Shown: positions 45,869-56,042 of the stretch, in pieces
How positions within the stretch are numbered: position 1 is the stretch's first letter
Layout of the letters: every line of letters starts with the position of its first letter
Origin: Saprospiraceae bacterium
Lineage (GTDB): Bacteria; Bacteroidota; Bacteroidia; Chitinophagales; Saprospiraceae
Assembly: GCA_013360405.1 (NCBI GenBank)
Contig: JABWBR010000029.1
Coordinates: 16,368-80,367, forward strand
DNA length: 64,000 bases
Direction of reading: 5' to 3'
Notes under the pieces: model-generated
Told to the model about the DNA's origin: nothing
What the model saw: the letters and a program-made list of their open reading frames with translations, nothing else
The model's database searches: none
Program-made: the position numbers and the translations under genes

Positions 45869-46753
45869 ATGAACAGAAAAAAATTCCTTCAATCACTGGC
45901 AGTATTGCCATTAGCAGGCGTAGCAATGAAACTCCGCGATTTAAGCAAAGTAACGGATACACTGGGCAGCACGGAGCAAATGCCCGTGCTGTTCCTTGGG
46001 CACGGTAGCCCGATGAACGCTATCGAGGAAAATGAGTTTGTGGAAGGATTCCGCAAAATCGGCCAGGAAATTCCCCGCCCTAACGCGATTATTTGCGTAT
46101 CGGCACATTGGGAAACCAAGGGCACTTTTGTAACGGCCATGGAAAAACCCCGCACCATCCACGACTTCGGCGGTTTTCCCAAGGCCCTGTTCGACGTGCA
46201 ATACCCCGCCCCGGGTAGCCCGCAAACTGCATTGGACACCCAAAGCCTGGTGACAAAAACGAACGTGGGTCTCGACGAAAAATGGGGTCTCGACCACGGC
46301 GCCTGGTCGGTGATCAAACACCTCTACCCCGACGCCGACGTACCGGTGATCCAAATGAGCCTCGACTACACCCAGTCGCCCCAATGGCACTACGAACTGG
46401 CGCAAGAACTGGCCGCCCTACGCAAAAAGGGCGTTCTGATCGTCGGTAGCGGGAATATGGTGCACAACCTCCGCATGGTAGCCTGGGACAAGCTCAACGT
46501 GTCAGATTATGGCTACGACTGGGCCCTCGAAGCCCGCGAAAAAATGAATGCGTTTATTCTATCCGGCGACCACCAGCCGCTGGTCAACTTCCAGTCACAG
46601 GGCCGGGCCTTTAACCTCGCCATACCCACGCCCGAACACTACCTGCCTTTGCTCTATGCGCTGGCGCTTCGCGAAAAAGACGAAAACGTCGCCTTGTTCA
46701 ACGACAAAGCCGTGGCCGGCGCGCTGACTATGACTTCGGTGAAGATCGGTTGA
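45869..46753 (+). CDS. ygiD: 4,5-DOPA dioxygenase extradiol (YgiD family) with N-terminal signal/Tat-like leader
   Basis: MPVLFLGHGSPMNAIE, SAHWET, TIHDFGGFPKALFDVQYPAPGSP, GSGNMVHNL and PTPEHYLPLLYAL closely track E. coli YgiD. Confidence 0.9.
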   Translation: MNRKKFLQSLAVLPLAGVAMKLRDLSKVTDTLGSTEQMPVLFLGHGSPMNAIEENEFVEGFRKIGQEIPRPNAIICVSAHWETKGTFVTAMEKPRTIHDFGGFPKALFDVQYPAPGSPQTALDTQSLVTKTNVGLDEKWGLDHGAWSVIKHLYPDADVPVIQMSLDYTQSPQWHYELAQELAALRKKGVLIVGSGNMVHNLRMVAWDKLNVSDYGYDWALEAREKMNAFILSGDHQPLVNFQSQGRAFNLAIPTPEHYLPLLYALALREKDENVALFNDKAVAGALTMTSVKIG

Positions 46754-46775
46754 AAACCCAAAACCATCATGGCAG

Positions 46776-47354
46776 ATGTACATAGAAGAACAAACTTTTG
46801 ATAAAGTCAATTTTCAGGAAGAACCTTTGAAAAAAGGAGAATATGAAAATTGTATTTTTAAACAATGCGATTTATCTAATTCAGATCTTTCTGATATCAA
46901 ATTTACATCTTGCGAGTTTGTAGATTGCAATTTAAGCTTAGCCAAACTGGCAAATACTGCTTTTCGGGACGCTGTATTCAATGGCTGTAAAATGCTGGGT
47001 TTGCACTTCGACGATTGCAATCAATTCGGGCTTTCGTTTTCATTTGATAATTGCCAGCTCAACCACGCTTTGTTTTATAAAATGATAATCAAAAAAACGA
47101 TTTTTAAAAATTCGCAACTTCACGAAGTCGACTTCGCAGAATGCGATCTGACAGGCGCCGTTTTTGATAATTGCGACCTGGCCAAAGCCGTTTTTGATCA
47201 TACAATTCTGGAGAAAGCCGATTTTCGTACGGCTTATAATTATATCATTGACCCCGAAATGAACAGGATAAAGAAAGCCAAGTTTTCAATTCTTGGTGTT
47301 TCCGGTCTTTTAGCAAAATATGATATCGACATTGAAAACAACTTTCAGCAATGA
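46776..47354 (+). CDS. Pentapeptide repeat-containing protein
   Basis: 192 aa of A(D/N)LXX-type repeats (CDLSNSDLSDIKFTSCEFVDCNLSLAKLANTAFRDAVFNGC...). Confidence 0.8.
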   Translation: MYIEEQTFDKVNFQEEPLKKGEYENCIFKQCDLSNSDLSDIKFTSCEFVDCNLSLAKLANTAFRDAVFNGCKMLGLHFDDCNQFGLSFSFDNCQLNHALFYKMIIKKTIFKNSQLHEVDFAECDLTGAVFDNCDLAKAVFDHTILEKADFRTAYNYIIDPEMNRIKKAKFSILGVSGLLAKYDIDIENNFQQ

Positions 47355-47437
47355 TATCAAGTCGAACCTGCCAAAATGTCAGTCTCTACCCACTTGGCAT
47401 GCCATTTGAAGCATGCTAATACAAAAAATATAGCGCT

Positions 47438-49309
47438 ATGCAAAAAGGTACGATATCGGTCCAAACCGAGAACATTTTTCCCATCATTAAAAAATTCCTG
47501 TATTCCGACCACGAAATTTTCCTGCGCGAATTGATCTCCAACGCGGTTGACGCCACTACCAAGCTGAAAACCCTGGCTTCGCGCGGCGAGATCAAAGGCG
47601 AACTGGGCGATCTCACTATCGACGTCATTATTGACAAAGAACAAAAAACGCTCACCATTCGCGACCGAGGCATCGGGATGACGGAAGAAGAGGTGAATAA
47701 ATATCTCAACCAGGTAGCGTTCTCGAGCGCCCAGGAGTTTTTGGAAAAATTCAAAAACGAAGCCAGTATTATCGGCAACTTCGGCCTGGGCTTTTACTCG
47801 GCGTTTATGGTAGCCGATAAAGTGGAGGCCGTCACCAGGTCGTATCAGGAAGAGGCCGCCGGCGTCACCTGGTCCTGCCTCGGCGACCCCGAATACACCC
47901 TGACGCCCAACGAAAAAGCCGAGCGCGGCACAGATGTGGTGCTCTATATCAATGAGGAAAACGCGGAATTCCTCGAAGAGGCACGCATCGAAAACCTGTT
48001 GAAGAAATACTGCCGCTTCCTGCCAGTCGCCATCCGCTTCGGCAAACGCACCGAAACGAGCTACGAAGGCGAAGGCGAAGACCAAAAGCAGGTAGAAAGC
48101 GAGGTGGATAACATCATCAACAACACCGCGCCGATCTGGAAAAAACAGCCATCCGAACTCAACGACGAGGACTACCGCGCTTTTTACGAAGAGCTGTACC
48201 CCTACAGCCAGGCGCCGATGTTCTGGATACACCTCAATATCGACTACCCCTTTAACCTCACGGGCATCCTATATTTTCCCAAACTGGGCAACGCCTTTGA
48301 GGTGCAGCGCAACAAAATCCAACTGTACAGCAACCAGGTATACGTCACCGACGACGTAAAGGAGATCGTTCCCGAGTTTCTCACACTCCTCCACGGCGTC
48401 ATCGACTCGCCCGACATACCTCTCAACGTTTCGCGCAGCTACCTGCAGAGCGACCAAAACGTGAAGAAAATTACGGGTTATATCACCCGCAAGGTGGCCG
48501 ACAAACTCAGCGAGTTGTTCAAAAAAGACCGCGCGGATTTTGAATCCAAGTGGGCCGACCTCGGTGTGTTTATCAAATACGGCATGTTGTCTGACGAAAA
48601 ATTCCAGGAGCGCGCCACCGAATTTGCCCTGCTGAAAAACGTCGACAACCAGTGTTTTACGATCGAAGAATACAAGGAGAAGGTAAAAGCCCTCCAAACC
48701 GACAAAAGCAACCGGCTGGTACTTATTTATACGAATAATGCGGTGGACAACGACGCGCTCATCCAGGCCTGCCGCAATCGCGGCTACGATGTGCTCGTAT
48801 TCGACCACGTGATCGACAGCCATTTCCTGCAGCACCTGGAATACAAGGTAGGCGGCGTCACCTTCACCCGCGTCGACGCCGACACGGTGGACAACCTCGT
48901 GCCTAAAGAGGAGAAACAGGAGTCGGTGCTCAGCGAAACCGAGCAGACCCAGGTGAAGGCGCTTTTTGAGCCGCTGGTGGCAGGCGCCGGCAGCATGAAC
49001 AACGTAACCCTGCAGCCCTTGTCGCCCGAAGATCCACCCGTGCAGATCACGCGCCCCGAGTTTATGCGCCGCATGAAAGAAATGCAGGCGCTCCAGGGTA
49101 TGGCTTTTGACGGTTTTCCCGATTCCTATAATGTGGTGGTGAATACCAACCACCCGCTCATAGCCACTAAATTGCTACACGAAGGCGAAGAAGACCAACG
49201 CAAACAGATGGCCGAATACCTCTACCAATTGGCCTTGCTGAGCCAGCAAATGCTGAAAGGCGCCGATCTGACGGCGTTTATCAATAAGAGTCTGCGGTTT
49301 ATGGATTAA
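47438..49309 (+). CDS. htpG: Molecular chaperone HtpG (Hsp90)
   Basis: FLRELISNAVDA, DRGIGMT and GNFGLGFYSAFMVADKV. 623 aa. Confidence 0.95.
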   Translation: MQKGTISVQTENIFPIIKKFLYSDHEIFLRELISNAVDATTKLKTLASRGEIKGELGDLTIDVIIDKEQKTLTIRDRGIGMTEEEVNKYLNQVAFSSAQEFLEKFKNEASIIGNFGLGFYSAFMVADKVEAVTRSYQEEAAGVTWSCLGDPEYTLTPNEKAERGTDVVLYINEENAEFLEEARIENLLKKYCRFLPVAIRFGKRTETSYEGEGEDQKQVESEVDNIINNTAPIWKKQPSELNDEDYRAFYEELYPYSQAPMFWIHLNIDYPFNLTGILYFPKLGNAFEVQRNKIQLYSNQVYVTDDVKEIVPEFLTLLHGVIDSPDIPLNVSRSYLQSDQNVKKITGYITRKVADKLSELFKKDRADFESKWADLGVFIKYGMLSDEKFQERATEFALLKNVDNQCFTIEEYKEKVKALQTDKSNRLVLIYTNNAVDNDALIQACRNRGYDVLVFDHVIDSHFLQHLEYKVGGVTFTRVDADTVDNLVPKEEKQESVLSETEQTQVKALFEPLVAGAGSMNNVTLQPLSPEDPPVQITRPEFMRRMKEMQALQGMAFDGFPDSYNVVVNTNHPLIATKLLHEGEEDQRKQMAEYLYQLALLSQQMLKGADLTAFINKSLRFMD

Positions 49310-50037
49310 TCGAATTTCTCCAAATCGCGGAGCAAATCCTCCGCTTTTTGCCTGTAGGCGCCTTGCGTCTCCAGCAAAGGGCGGAGGATTTTTTTTGCCG
49401 CCTCGGTATCGCCGTTTCGGAGGTGTGCCAGTGTCAAATACCAGTTTGCTTCCGCATTCCGCTCGGGAAGAAGTTCTGCTGCCGCCGACAGGCTGTGGAC
49501 GGCCTCGGGGAGTTGTCGCAATGCCAGTTGTGCGATGCCAAAGTACAGCAGCGCCTCGCCGTCCTGGCCGTACTGCTCCAGGTAGCGTGTAAAATGGGGC
49601 AGCGCGGCTGCGTAGCGCCCTTCGTCGTAGTAATCCAGGGCGATGCCCCGTTCTGCCCTTGCCGGCTCTGCCCCGGCATTTCGGCCTTGCGCGAGAAAAG
49701 TATTGGCTGCGGGAGCGAAAAAGCGGGTATACAGGATTTCAGGTTGCTGTGCGCGTTGGGATCGGGCGTACCATATAGCGGCAGCTGCGCCGCCGATTAC
49801 GCATAGCAATAGCAAAGCCTTACGCCAGCGGGTTGATTTCCGCGGCGTTGGGCCGACACTGATGTTTGGCGCCTCTTCTCTTGTGAGGGCATACCCTTCC
49901 ACGGCAGCCCTGCAAAGCGCGCAATCCAGTAAATGGTTTTCCACCTCGAACCTTTTTTCGGGCGATAGGCGGCCATTTACATAATTGCTAACACTTTGCT
50001 TCGAGAGGCAGGAGGAGTGGCTGAAAATGGCTTTCAT
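49306..50037 (-). CDS. Anti-sigma factor (zf-HC2) with TM segment and C-terminal TPR-like domain
   Basis: HLLDCALCRAAVEG zinc-finger motif, TM ALLLLCVIGGAAAAIWYA, and TPR-like helices. 4-nt overlap with the sigma gene. Confidence 0.75.
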   Translation of the reverse strand: MKAIFSHSSCLSKQSVSNYVNGRLSPEKRFEVENHLLDCALCRAAVEGYALTREEAPNISVGPTPRKSTRWRKALLLLCVIGGAAAAIWYARSQRAQQPEILYTRFFAPAANTFLAQGRNAGAEPARAERGIALDYYDEGRYAAALPHFTRYLEQYGQDGEALLYFGIAQLALRQLPEAVHSLSAAAELLPERNAEANWYLTLAHLRNGDTEAAKKILRPLLETQGAYRQKAEDLLRDLEKFD

Positions 50038-50657
50038 GTACTCGTTTTGCCTTCCCGCGCCATTGCGGGCGCCAGCAATTGCCTCAACCGGCGCTTGCCA
50101 TTTTGCAGGAAGCTTTTAACCTGATTTTCAGTAAAGGAGGTAATGTCGGCGATCTCCCTGTAGCTTTTCTTTTGGAAAAAGAACAACTCCAGGCAAATGC
50201 GTTGGCACTCGTCCAACTGCAGCATAGCTGCCTGCACGAGATCCTCCGTTTCGCGATCAGTAGCGGACACCATTTGCGCGCCTGAGTCGGGGTTTTCTGC
50301 CGGTTCTTCCTGCCATTGTTGCAACGCGGCTTCAAAGCGAAGCGATTGCTTGTCGCTGCTGCGCCTTTTGGAAATACACTCATTTCGCGTTAGCGTGTAA
50401 AGCCAATTGCCGAAAGAATGAACCTCCTTCTGTTGCTGTAGTTGTTGGAAGATTTTGGCGAAAACCTGCATTACGACATCGCGGCACTCCTCGCGGTCTT
50501 CCAGGAAATTCCGCGTGGTGTAATAGACCAAATGAAGATACCGCGAAAACAGCGCATTGAAATACTGCTGATCGCCCGTGTGTTGGAATGCACGAATAAG
50601 CTGTTCCGCGCTCCACTCCTTCAATTTGTGTTGATACGACTTCCTGACAAACATCAC
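50034..50657 (-). CDS. ECF-type RNA polymerase sigma-70 factor
   Basis: Region 2 (FNALFSRYLHLVYYTTRNFL, DVVMQVFAKIF) and region 4 (SYREIADITSFTENQVKSFLQNGKRRL). Confidence 0.85.
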   Translation of the reverse strand: MMFVRKSYQHKLKEWSAEQLIRAFQHTGDQQYFNALFSRYLHLVYYTTRNFLEDREECRDVVMQVFAKIFQQLQQQKEVHSFGNWLYTLTRNECISKRRSSDKQSLRFEAALQQWQEEPAENPDSGAQMVSATDRETEDLVQAAMLQLDECQRICLELFFFQKKSYREIADITSFTENQVKSFLQNGKRRLRQLLAPAMAREGKTST

Positions 50658-50708
50658 TTCTAAAGGTAGGCAACTTTTTAATAATTGCCGACCTTTTGGG
50701 ACATTTTT

Positions 50709-51794
50709 TTAATACCTGATGCTCGATAGCAGGTATTCCAGGTGCTGCATGTGGTTGCGCTTGTCTTTACCTGGTGCGTGCAAAAAGCCGTCGACAAACA
50801 GCAATTCGCGCTTGTTGGGATTGTAAATAAGGTAGCTTACAAATGCCCCGCCCATATAGTCGTTGACGATATCCCAGATGCCTCTGGCCTCGAGGGTGTA
50901 ATTGCTGTTTACGGTCTTGATAGAAGTAAACATGGGCAAATCCACGTCGTTGGTGCGCATATACGTATCGGGCAGGGTCGACGAGATATATTGGCGTCCC
51001 AGGCTATCCCTGATGGCTTTTATGCCCGCTTTGGTGAGTTGCGACTGATCGGTATACGGCACTTTATACAGAAGCAGGTTGCTGCTGATCGCCTCGGTTT
51101 CGCGGCGTATCCACATCATATTGCCTTCTTTGAGTGCGAGGAAGTATTCTTTAGGCAGGCGAATATCTGCGCCGAGCCGGCCTTTTACCTCCTCCATCAG
51201 CTTTTTATTTTCGCCGCTCACAAACAGCGTAGCTTCAACTTTGGGTTTGTCGTGGTCGTGGATTTTATTGGCGATGGCCGGGTAGTTTTCTTTGAGTACG
51301 TCTATCAACGCTTCTTTTGAATAAGCAAAAACATATATTATGAGTTGCCCGTTGGACCACTTATTGCGACCTACAAAAGAGTTGAGCTTAGGGTTGGTTT
51401 TGGCTTCCGCCGCTCTTTCTGGGCCGATGTCTTTTAATATCAGCTGCGTAGTTGCCGAGGTAGTATCGCTCAAATCGCCGATGAGCATAAACGTGCGGAA
51501 TTCGCGCTGTACCTGCTGATTGATCAGTTTATCGGGCGGCAGGTGGTACAAATCGAAAATGGGCTCGGGCTGCGGCAGGATAGGATAGGCTGCGGCGTAA
51601 TAATATTGCAGGGTATCGCCGAGGGGGCTTTCCCACAAATCCTCGTCCATCACTACGCGCACCTGGTTTACACTGCCGAATGCTACCGATAAAGGACGAA
51701 GTCCCTGCCGGGCATCCTCCGAACAAGCCCAGGGCAACGCGAACAATAGCCCCAGCAGCCCTATCCGGCTTATGTAGTTGATCATTTTTTTCAT
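50709..51794 (-). CDS. Hypothetical lipoprotein (possibly DUF4837 family)
   Basis: MKKMINYISRIGLLGLLFALPWACSE has a lipobox. The family name is from memory and uncertain. Confidence 0.5.
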   Translation of the reverse strand: MKKMINYISRIGLLGLLFALPWACSEDARQGLRPLSVAFGSVNQVRVVMDEDLWESPLGDTLQYYYAAAYPILPQPEPIFDLYHLPPDKLINQQVQREFRTFMLIGDLSDTTSATTQLILKDIGPERAAEAKTNPKLNSFVGRNKWSNGQLIIYVFAYSKEALIDVLKENYPAIANKIHDHDKPKVEATLFVSGENKKLMEEVKGRLGADIRLPKEYFLALKEGNMMWIRRETEAISSNLLLYKVPYTDQSQLTKAGIKAIRDSLGRQYISSTLPDTYMRTNDVDLPMFTSIKTVNSNYTLEARGIWDIVNDYMGGAFVSYLIYNPNKRELLFVDGFLHAPGKDKRNHMQHLEYLLSSIRY

Positions 51795-51861
51795 TGCAAT
51801 GTACGGCATTTATTTTCTTACACAGATGCCGATTAGCCGGGTTTTGGCGTGCGATACCTTA

Positions 51862-51952
51862 TTAATGTTTGATGTTTGATGTTGAATGTTGAATTATTTT
51901 TGATATGTAATATATTGTTAATTAAACATCAAACATTCAACATTCAACATCA
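51862..51952. repeat. Inverted word repeats (tgtttga / gttgaat words) downstream of moxR
   Basis: The left block is aatgtttgatgttt + gatgttgaatgttgaat. The right block is aaacatcaaacatt + attcaacattcaacatc. Confidence 0.8.
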
Positions 51953-52924
51953 TCACATCAGGCTGGCAATGATATTCTCTTCCGAAACGCCTTCGGCTTC
52001 GGCCTTATAGTTGCGCACAATACGGTGGCGCAGCACATAATTGGCGATAGCCTGCACGTCTTCGATATCGGGAGAATACTTGCCGGAGATAGCGGCATGG
52101 CACTTGGCGCCCAGCACGAGGTACTGCGAAGCGCGGGGGCCTGCGCCCCAGGAGATATATTCGTTTACCTTAGGCGTAGCTTTAGCCGTGCCGGGGCGCG
52201 TTTTGGTGGCCAGCATCACGGCATATTCCAGTACATTGTCGGCAATGGGGATGCGGCGTATCAATTGCTGGAAAAACAAGATTTGCGGGCCGGTCACCAC
52301 GTGGTCGAGTTTAAAATCCTGGATAGACGTGGTACCTTTCACCACCGCGATCTCCTCGTCGTAAGAGGGGTAATCGAGCGGCACATTAAACATAAAGCGG
52401 TCGAGCTGCGCTTCGGGCAGGGGGTAAGTACCTTCCTGTTCGATGGGGTTTTGGGTAGCCAGTACAAAAAACGGCGAGGGCAGCGCATGGCGCACGCCGC
52501 TGACCGTCACTGAGCGTTCCTGCATCGCTTCGAGCAGGGCTGCCTGCGTTTTGGGCGGCGTTCGGTTGATCTCGTCGGCCAGCACGATATTGGCAAACAA
52601 GGGTCCGCGGTTGAACTTGAAGTGGCGGTCTTCGTCGAGGATCTCCGAGCCGGTAATGTCGGAAGGCATGAGGTCGGGCGTAAACTGGATGCGTTTGAAG
52701 TCCAGGTCCAGCACTTCCGAGATCGTACTTACGAGCAGCGTTTTGGCCAAGCCGGGCACGCCTACGAGCAGACTGTGGCCGTTGCTGAACAGTGATATGA
52801 TAACGGCTCTGACTACTTCGTCCTGGCCCACGATCACTTTTGCAATTTCCTGTTTGAGTTCTCTGTAAGAGGCGGCGAGTGCGTCAACTGCTTCTACGTC
52901 AGATTTAAAGTTCAATTGTGACAT
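51953..52924 (-). CDS. MoxR-family AAA+ ATPase
   Basis: VIVGQDEVVRAVIISLFSNGHSLLVGVPGLAKT (Walker A), LADEINR (Walker B), ATQNPIEQEGTYPLPEAQLDRF. Confidence 0.9.
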   Translation of the reverse strand: MSQLNFKSDVEAVDALAASYRELKQEIAKVIVGQDEVVRAVIISLFSNGHSLLVGVPGLAKTLLVSTISEVLDLDFKRIQFTPDLMPSDITGSEILDEDRHFKFNRGPLFANIVLADEINRTPPKTQAALLEAMQERSVTVSGVRHALPSPFFVLATQNPIEQEGTYPLPEAQLDRFMFNVPLDYPSYDEEIAVVKGTTSIQDFKLDHVVTGPQILFFQQLIRRIPIADNVLEYAVMLATKTRPGTAKATPKVNEYISWGAGPRASQYLVLGAKCHAAISGKYSPDIEDVQAIANYVLRHRIVRNYKAEAEGVSEENIIASLM

Positions 52925-53353
52925 CTATAGTTGTTTCCGGATGATTTAACTTGGTATAGCCTTTGGGAAAACGCTGCAAAGATAGGCTTTGTTTCAATTT
53001 GTGGGCTTGAATTGTTAAATTTATGGTAGGAGTGGGCTGTTTTGTGGGAGGAGGGTGCAATAGTTGGTTTTCAAGGCCGAAGATTTGGGTTTAGGTGTAC
53101 CTGGGATGAAGTTAAATAGACCAATGGCCCAGTTTAGCTCGTGACTCAACAACAGAATGCCTTCATTGCAAGGGCATAGCGGAGGTAGTACATAAATGTT
53201 ACTACGGGTACTATCAACCAGAATCACATGCGTGTAGTTAAAACTGGAACCTTGATGTAAATTTTTTTGAGGCTCCGTTATTGATTTTAATATCTAATAG
53301 CTATGTTTACTCACGTATTACATCAATATAATCAACAAATAATAATAATAAAA

Positions 53354-55579
53354 ATGAAGAATCGAATCCTATTGACAGTTATCAATATTATGTATATCTA
53401 CTTTACTTCTATTTCTCAAACAACTACCTGGGAAAAATACTTTAATTTAGGGGAACTTGAGACACCAACTAGTATTATTCAAACTAGCGATAGCTGCTTT
53501 ATTTTTACTGGTGGGTCGGTGGTTAATGGGAATTATAACAATGGATACATCGTCAAGATAGATTCCGTTGGAGAAGTAATATGGCAGCAAAATACACTTA
53601 GCAAGCCTGTACTAGGTGTTTTGGAGATTCCAAATAATGAGATTATGACAATCTCAAAATTAAATGCCCAACTGAGGTTAACAAAGTTGAATAGTCATGA
53701 CGGAAGTTTTGTAAGTGAAACTAACTTAATGATTGATGAAGATATTAATGTTAATGAAGTTATTTCTACTAATGTCTATCCAGGTATTATTATTACGGCA
53801 AATAAGGCTATAATGCAAGGCTATCAAGGTATAATAATCAAAACAGATTTTAACGGAAACGAACTCTGGAGAAAAGTAATTACGGATACAATCTCTATGC
53901 TTATAAAATCAATCTATGAAACCAATGATGGAAACCTCATAACTACAGGTAGAATTAATAATTCGCTAGATTATGAAGGCGACACTTATATTTGTAAATA
54001 TTCTTCAGATGGTGAACAATTATGGATTAGCCAAATAAATAATCCTGGCTATAGGGAGAATGGACTATCCGTAATTGAATCGACAGATGGAAGCTATTAC
54101 GTATTATCTGATAGGCATGTATCAGGATTCTATTCTATGTCAAAATTTGATCAAACGGGCGGTTTGTTGTTTCAAAATTTTGGTGGCAATAATAATCTTG
54201 GCTTTTTTTTTAACGGCTTGAACTCATTAACTGAACTACCAAATGGTGATTTAGTTTTTACAGGGTGGCTAAACAACGAAATTTTACTAATTCGAACTAA
54301 TTCGTATGGACATCGAATATGGCATAGGACTTATGGTGATTGCTCTTCGCCTTTTCATGATAAAGGGGTATCATTAATAAAAACTTTTGACAATGGATTT
54401 ATAATATGTGGTCAAAGCTGGCTTAACGAGGATGGTGTTTTAATTGTTAAGACAGATGATTTTGGACTAACACCAGATATTATCCTTAATGAAGTAAACT
54501 ATACAGTGTGTGGGCAAAATTCATTCAATTATAATGGGATTAACTATCATGTATCTGGTACATACCATCCCGTAATCAATAACCCGATAATTGGCGAATG
54601 CGATACCTTTGTTGTGCTTAATTTAAATTTTTCGAATCATATTGACACTGATATACCTGTAACACTTTGTGATGGAGATGAGTATTATTATAATGGTCAT
54701 TTATATACCGTTCCAGGTATATATTTTGATACGATTTATAGCTCAGTTGGGTGTGATACAGTCGTAAGATTATTGATAGATTTTCTTCCCGCAGTAGTTG
54801 ATACGATCTCTATTGAAAAATGCCAGAGTGATACTGTCTGGATTAATAGTACCCCTTTATCAGATCCAGGCGCTTATATTTTCAATCATCTAACTATAGA
54901 TGGATGCGATAGCACTGAGTTAATTCTTATTTCCAACTACCCCCTTCAAGATACAGAAGAAAATATCTGGCTTTGTCCTGGTGATTCTATTCTGATTTTT
55001 GATAGTTACTATCAGGCTCCCTCAATTCTCTCTTTTGATGCTATAGATCAATATGGATGTACCAGTACAAGTACATTTGTATTGCAGGAATATGACTCTA
55101 TTAGAATCGATAGTGCACTCACTATCCATGATGACGGAACAAGTTCTGGAGCAATCTCTTTATTCACAAGTGGGGGAATGGCACCCTTTTCCTATTTGTG
55201 GAGCAATGGTGCTCAAGATAGCACAATCTTTGGTTTACCTGCAGGGACGTATGAAGTAACGATCTCTGATGTAAACTGTCATCGACAAGCCCATTTTATT
55301 ATTGAACTCGTCACAGGTCTTTCGTCAACGATTCCCGAAACTAATAGTTATTATGTTTATCCCAATCCAATACCACAAGATGGAACATTATATTTTTCCG
55401 GGTATGGTATTGAAAGAGTTGTTATATACGATTTATTCGGACGGATTGTAAAAGAGAAAGTTACGGCCCCTAGTTCTAAAACAAATTCTTTACATATGAA
55501 TTTATTGCCAGGGCATTACTATGCCTCGCTATTGTGTTACGATAAAACGATTGCAATTCCTTTTATTGTAATACATTAA
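53354..55579 (+). CDS. Secreted repeat protein with SprB repeat and T9SS C-terminal domain
   Basis: Signal anchor [22 protein letters not shown]. Repeated ..K.D..G...W motifs. SprB-type repeat [63 protein letters not shown]. Confidence 0.7.
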   Translation: MKNRILLTVINIMYIYFTSISQTTTWEKYFNLGELETPTSIIQTSDSCFIFTGGSVVNGNYNNGYIVKIDSVGEVIWQQNTLSKPVLGVLEIPNNEIMTISKLNAQLRLTKLNSHDGSFVSETNLMIDEDINVNEVISTNVYPGIIITANKAIMQGYQGIIIKTDFNGNELWRKVITDTISMLIKSIYETNDGNLITTGRINNSLDYEGDTYICKYSSDGEQLWISQINNPGYRENGLSVIESTDGSYYVLSDRHVSGFYSMSKFDQTGGLLFQNFGGNNNLGFFFNGLNSLTELPNGDLVFTGWLNNEILLIRTNSYGHRIWHRTYGDCSSPFHDKGVSLIKTFDNGFIICGQSWLNEDGVLIVKTDDFGLTPDIILNEVNYTVCGQNSFNYNGINYHVSGTYHPVINNPIIGECDTFVVLNLNFSNHIDTDIPVTLCDGDEYYYNGHLYTVPGIYFDTIYSSVGCDTVVRLLIDFLPAVVDTISIEKCQSDTVWINSTPLSDPGAYIFNHLTIDGCDSTELILISNYPLQDTEENIWLCPGDSILIFDSYYQAPSILSFDAIDQYGCTSTSTFVLQEYDSIRIDSALTIHDDGTSSGAISLFTSGGMAPFSYLWSNGAQDSTIFGLPAGTYEVTISDVNCHRQAHFIIELVTGLSSTIPETNSYYVYPNPIPQDGTLYFSGYGIERVVIYDLFGRIVKEKVTAPSSKTNSLHMNLLPGHYYASLLCYDKTIAIPFIVIH

Positions 55580-55621
55580 TACTTAATTTCATCATTTTAT
55601 TCTAACCATCACACAGCATAG

Positions 55622-56032
55622 CTATTGCTTACGGCGGAAACATTTTTTTTGAATATAATTGAGCGCTTGGTACCTCTTAATGTCTCCTGCTGTAAGCTCA
55701 ATCTCGTCGATTAACCTTTTGTACTTATTAGGGTCGTTGGGATCATTCCAGCTTTCTTTCAATCCATTCAATATTCGCAGTGTCACAGGGTGGTAGTCCT
55801 TGAAATTAAACAATTCAAAAATTATGGCTATTTGCCTATCAAGCCTTAAACTAGGATTGTTACTTCCTAAGAGATCATCCAGTAGCTTGTGATAGTTTTG
55901 GAATCTTTTGTCTTTTTGCTCAAGTCGTTTTTGGGAGATATACTGAAAGAAAGGAAAAATCACACCAATAATTGTTATTCCGAAGCCTAAGATTTCCTTC
56001 CAGTTAACCTGAATAAAGTCCCACATTGCCAT
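55622..56032 (-). CDS. Small membrane-anchored hypothetical protein
   Basis: 136 aa. One TM segment (ILGFGITIIGVIFPFF) followed by a basic stretch and a helical, probably cytoplasmic, domain. Begins 10 nt after the HNH gene. Confidence 0.5.
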   Translation of the reverse strand: MAMWDFIQVNWKEILGFGITIIGVIFPFFQYISQKRLEQKDKRFQNYHKLLDDLLGSNNPSLRLDRQIAIIFELFNFKDYHPVTLRILNGLKESWNDPNDPNKYKRLIDEIELTAGDIKRYQALNYIQKKCFRRKQ

Positions 56033-56042
56033 TGATTTTTTG

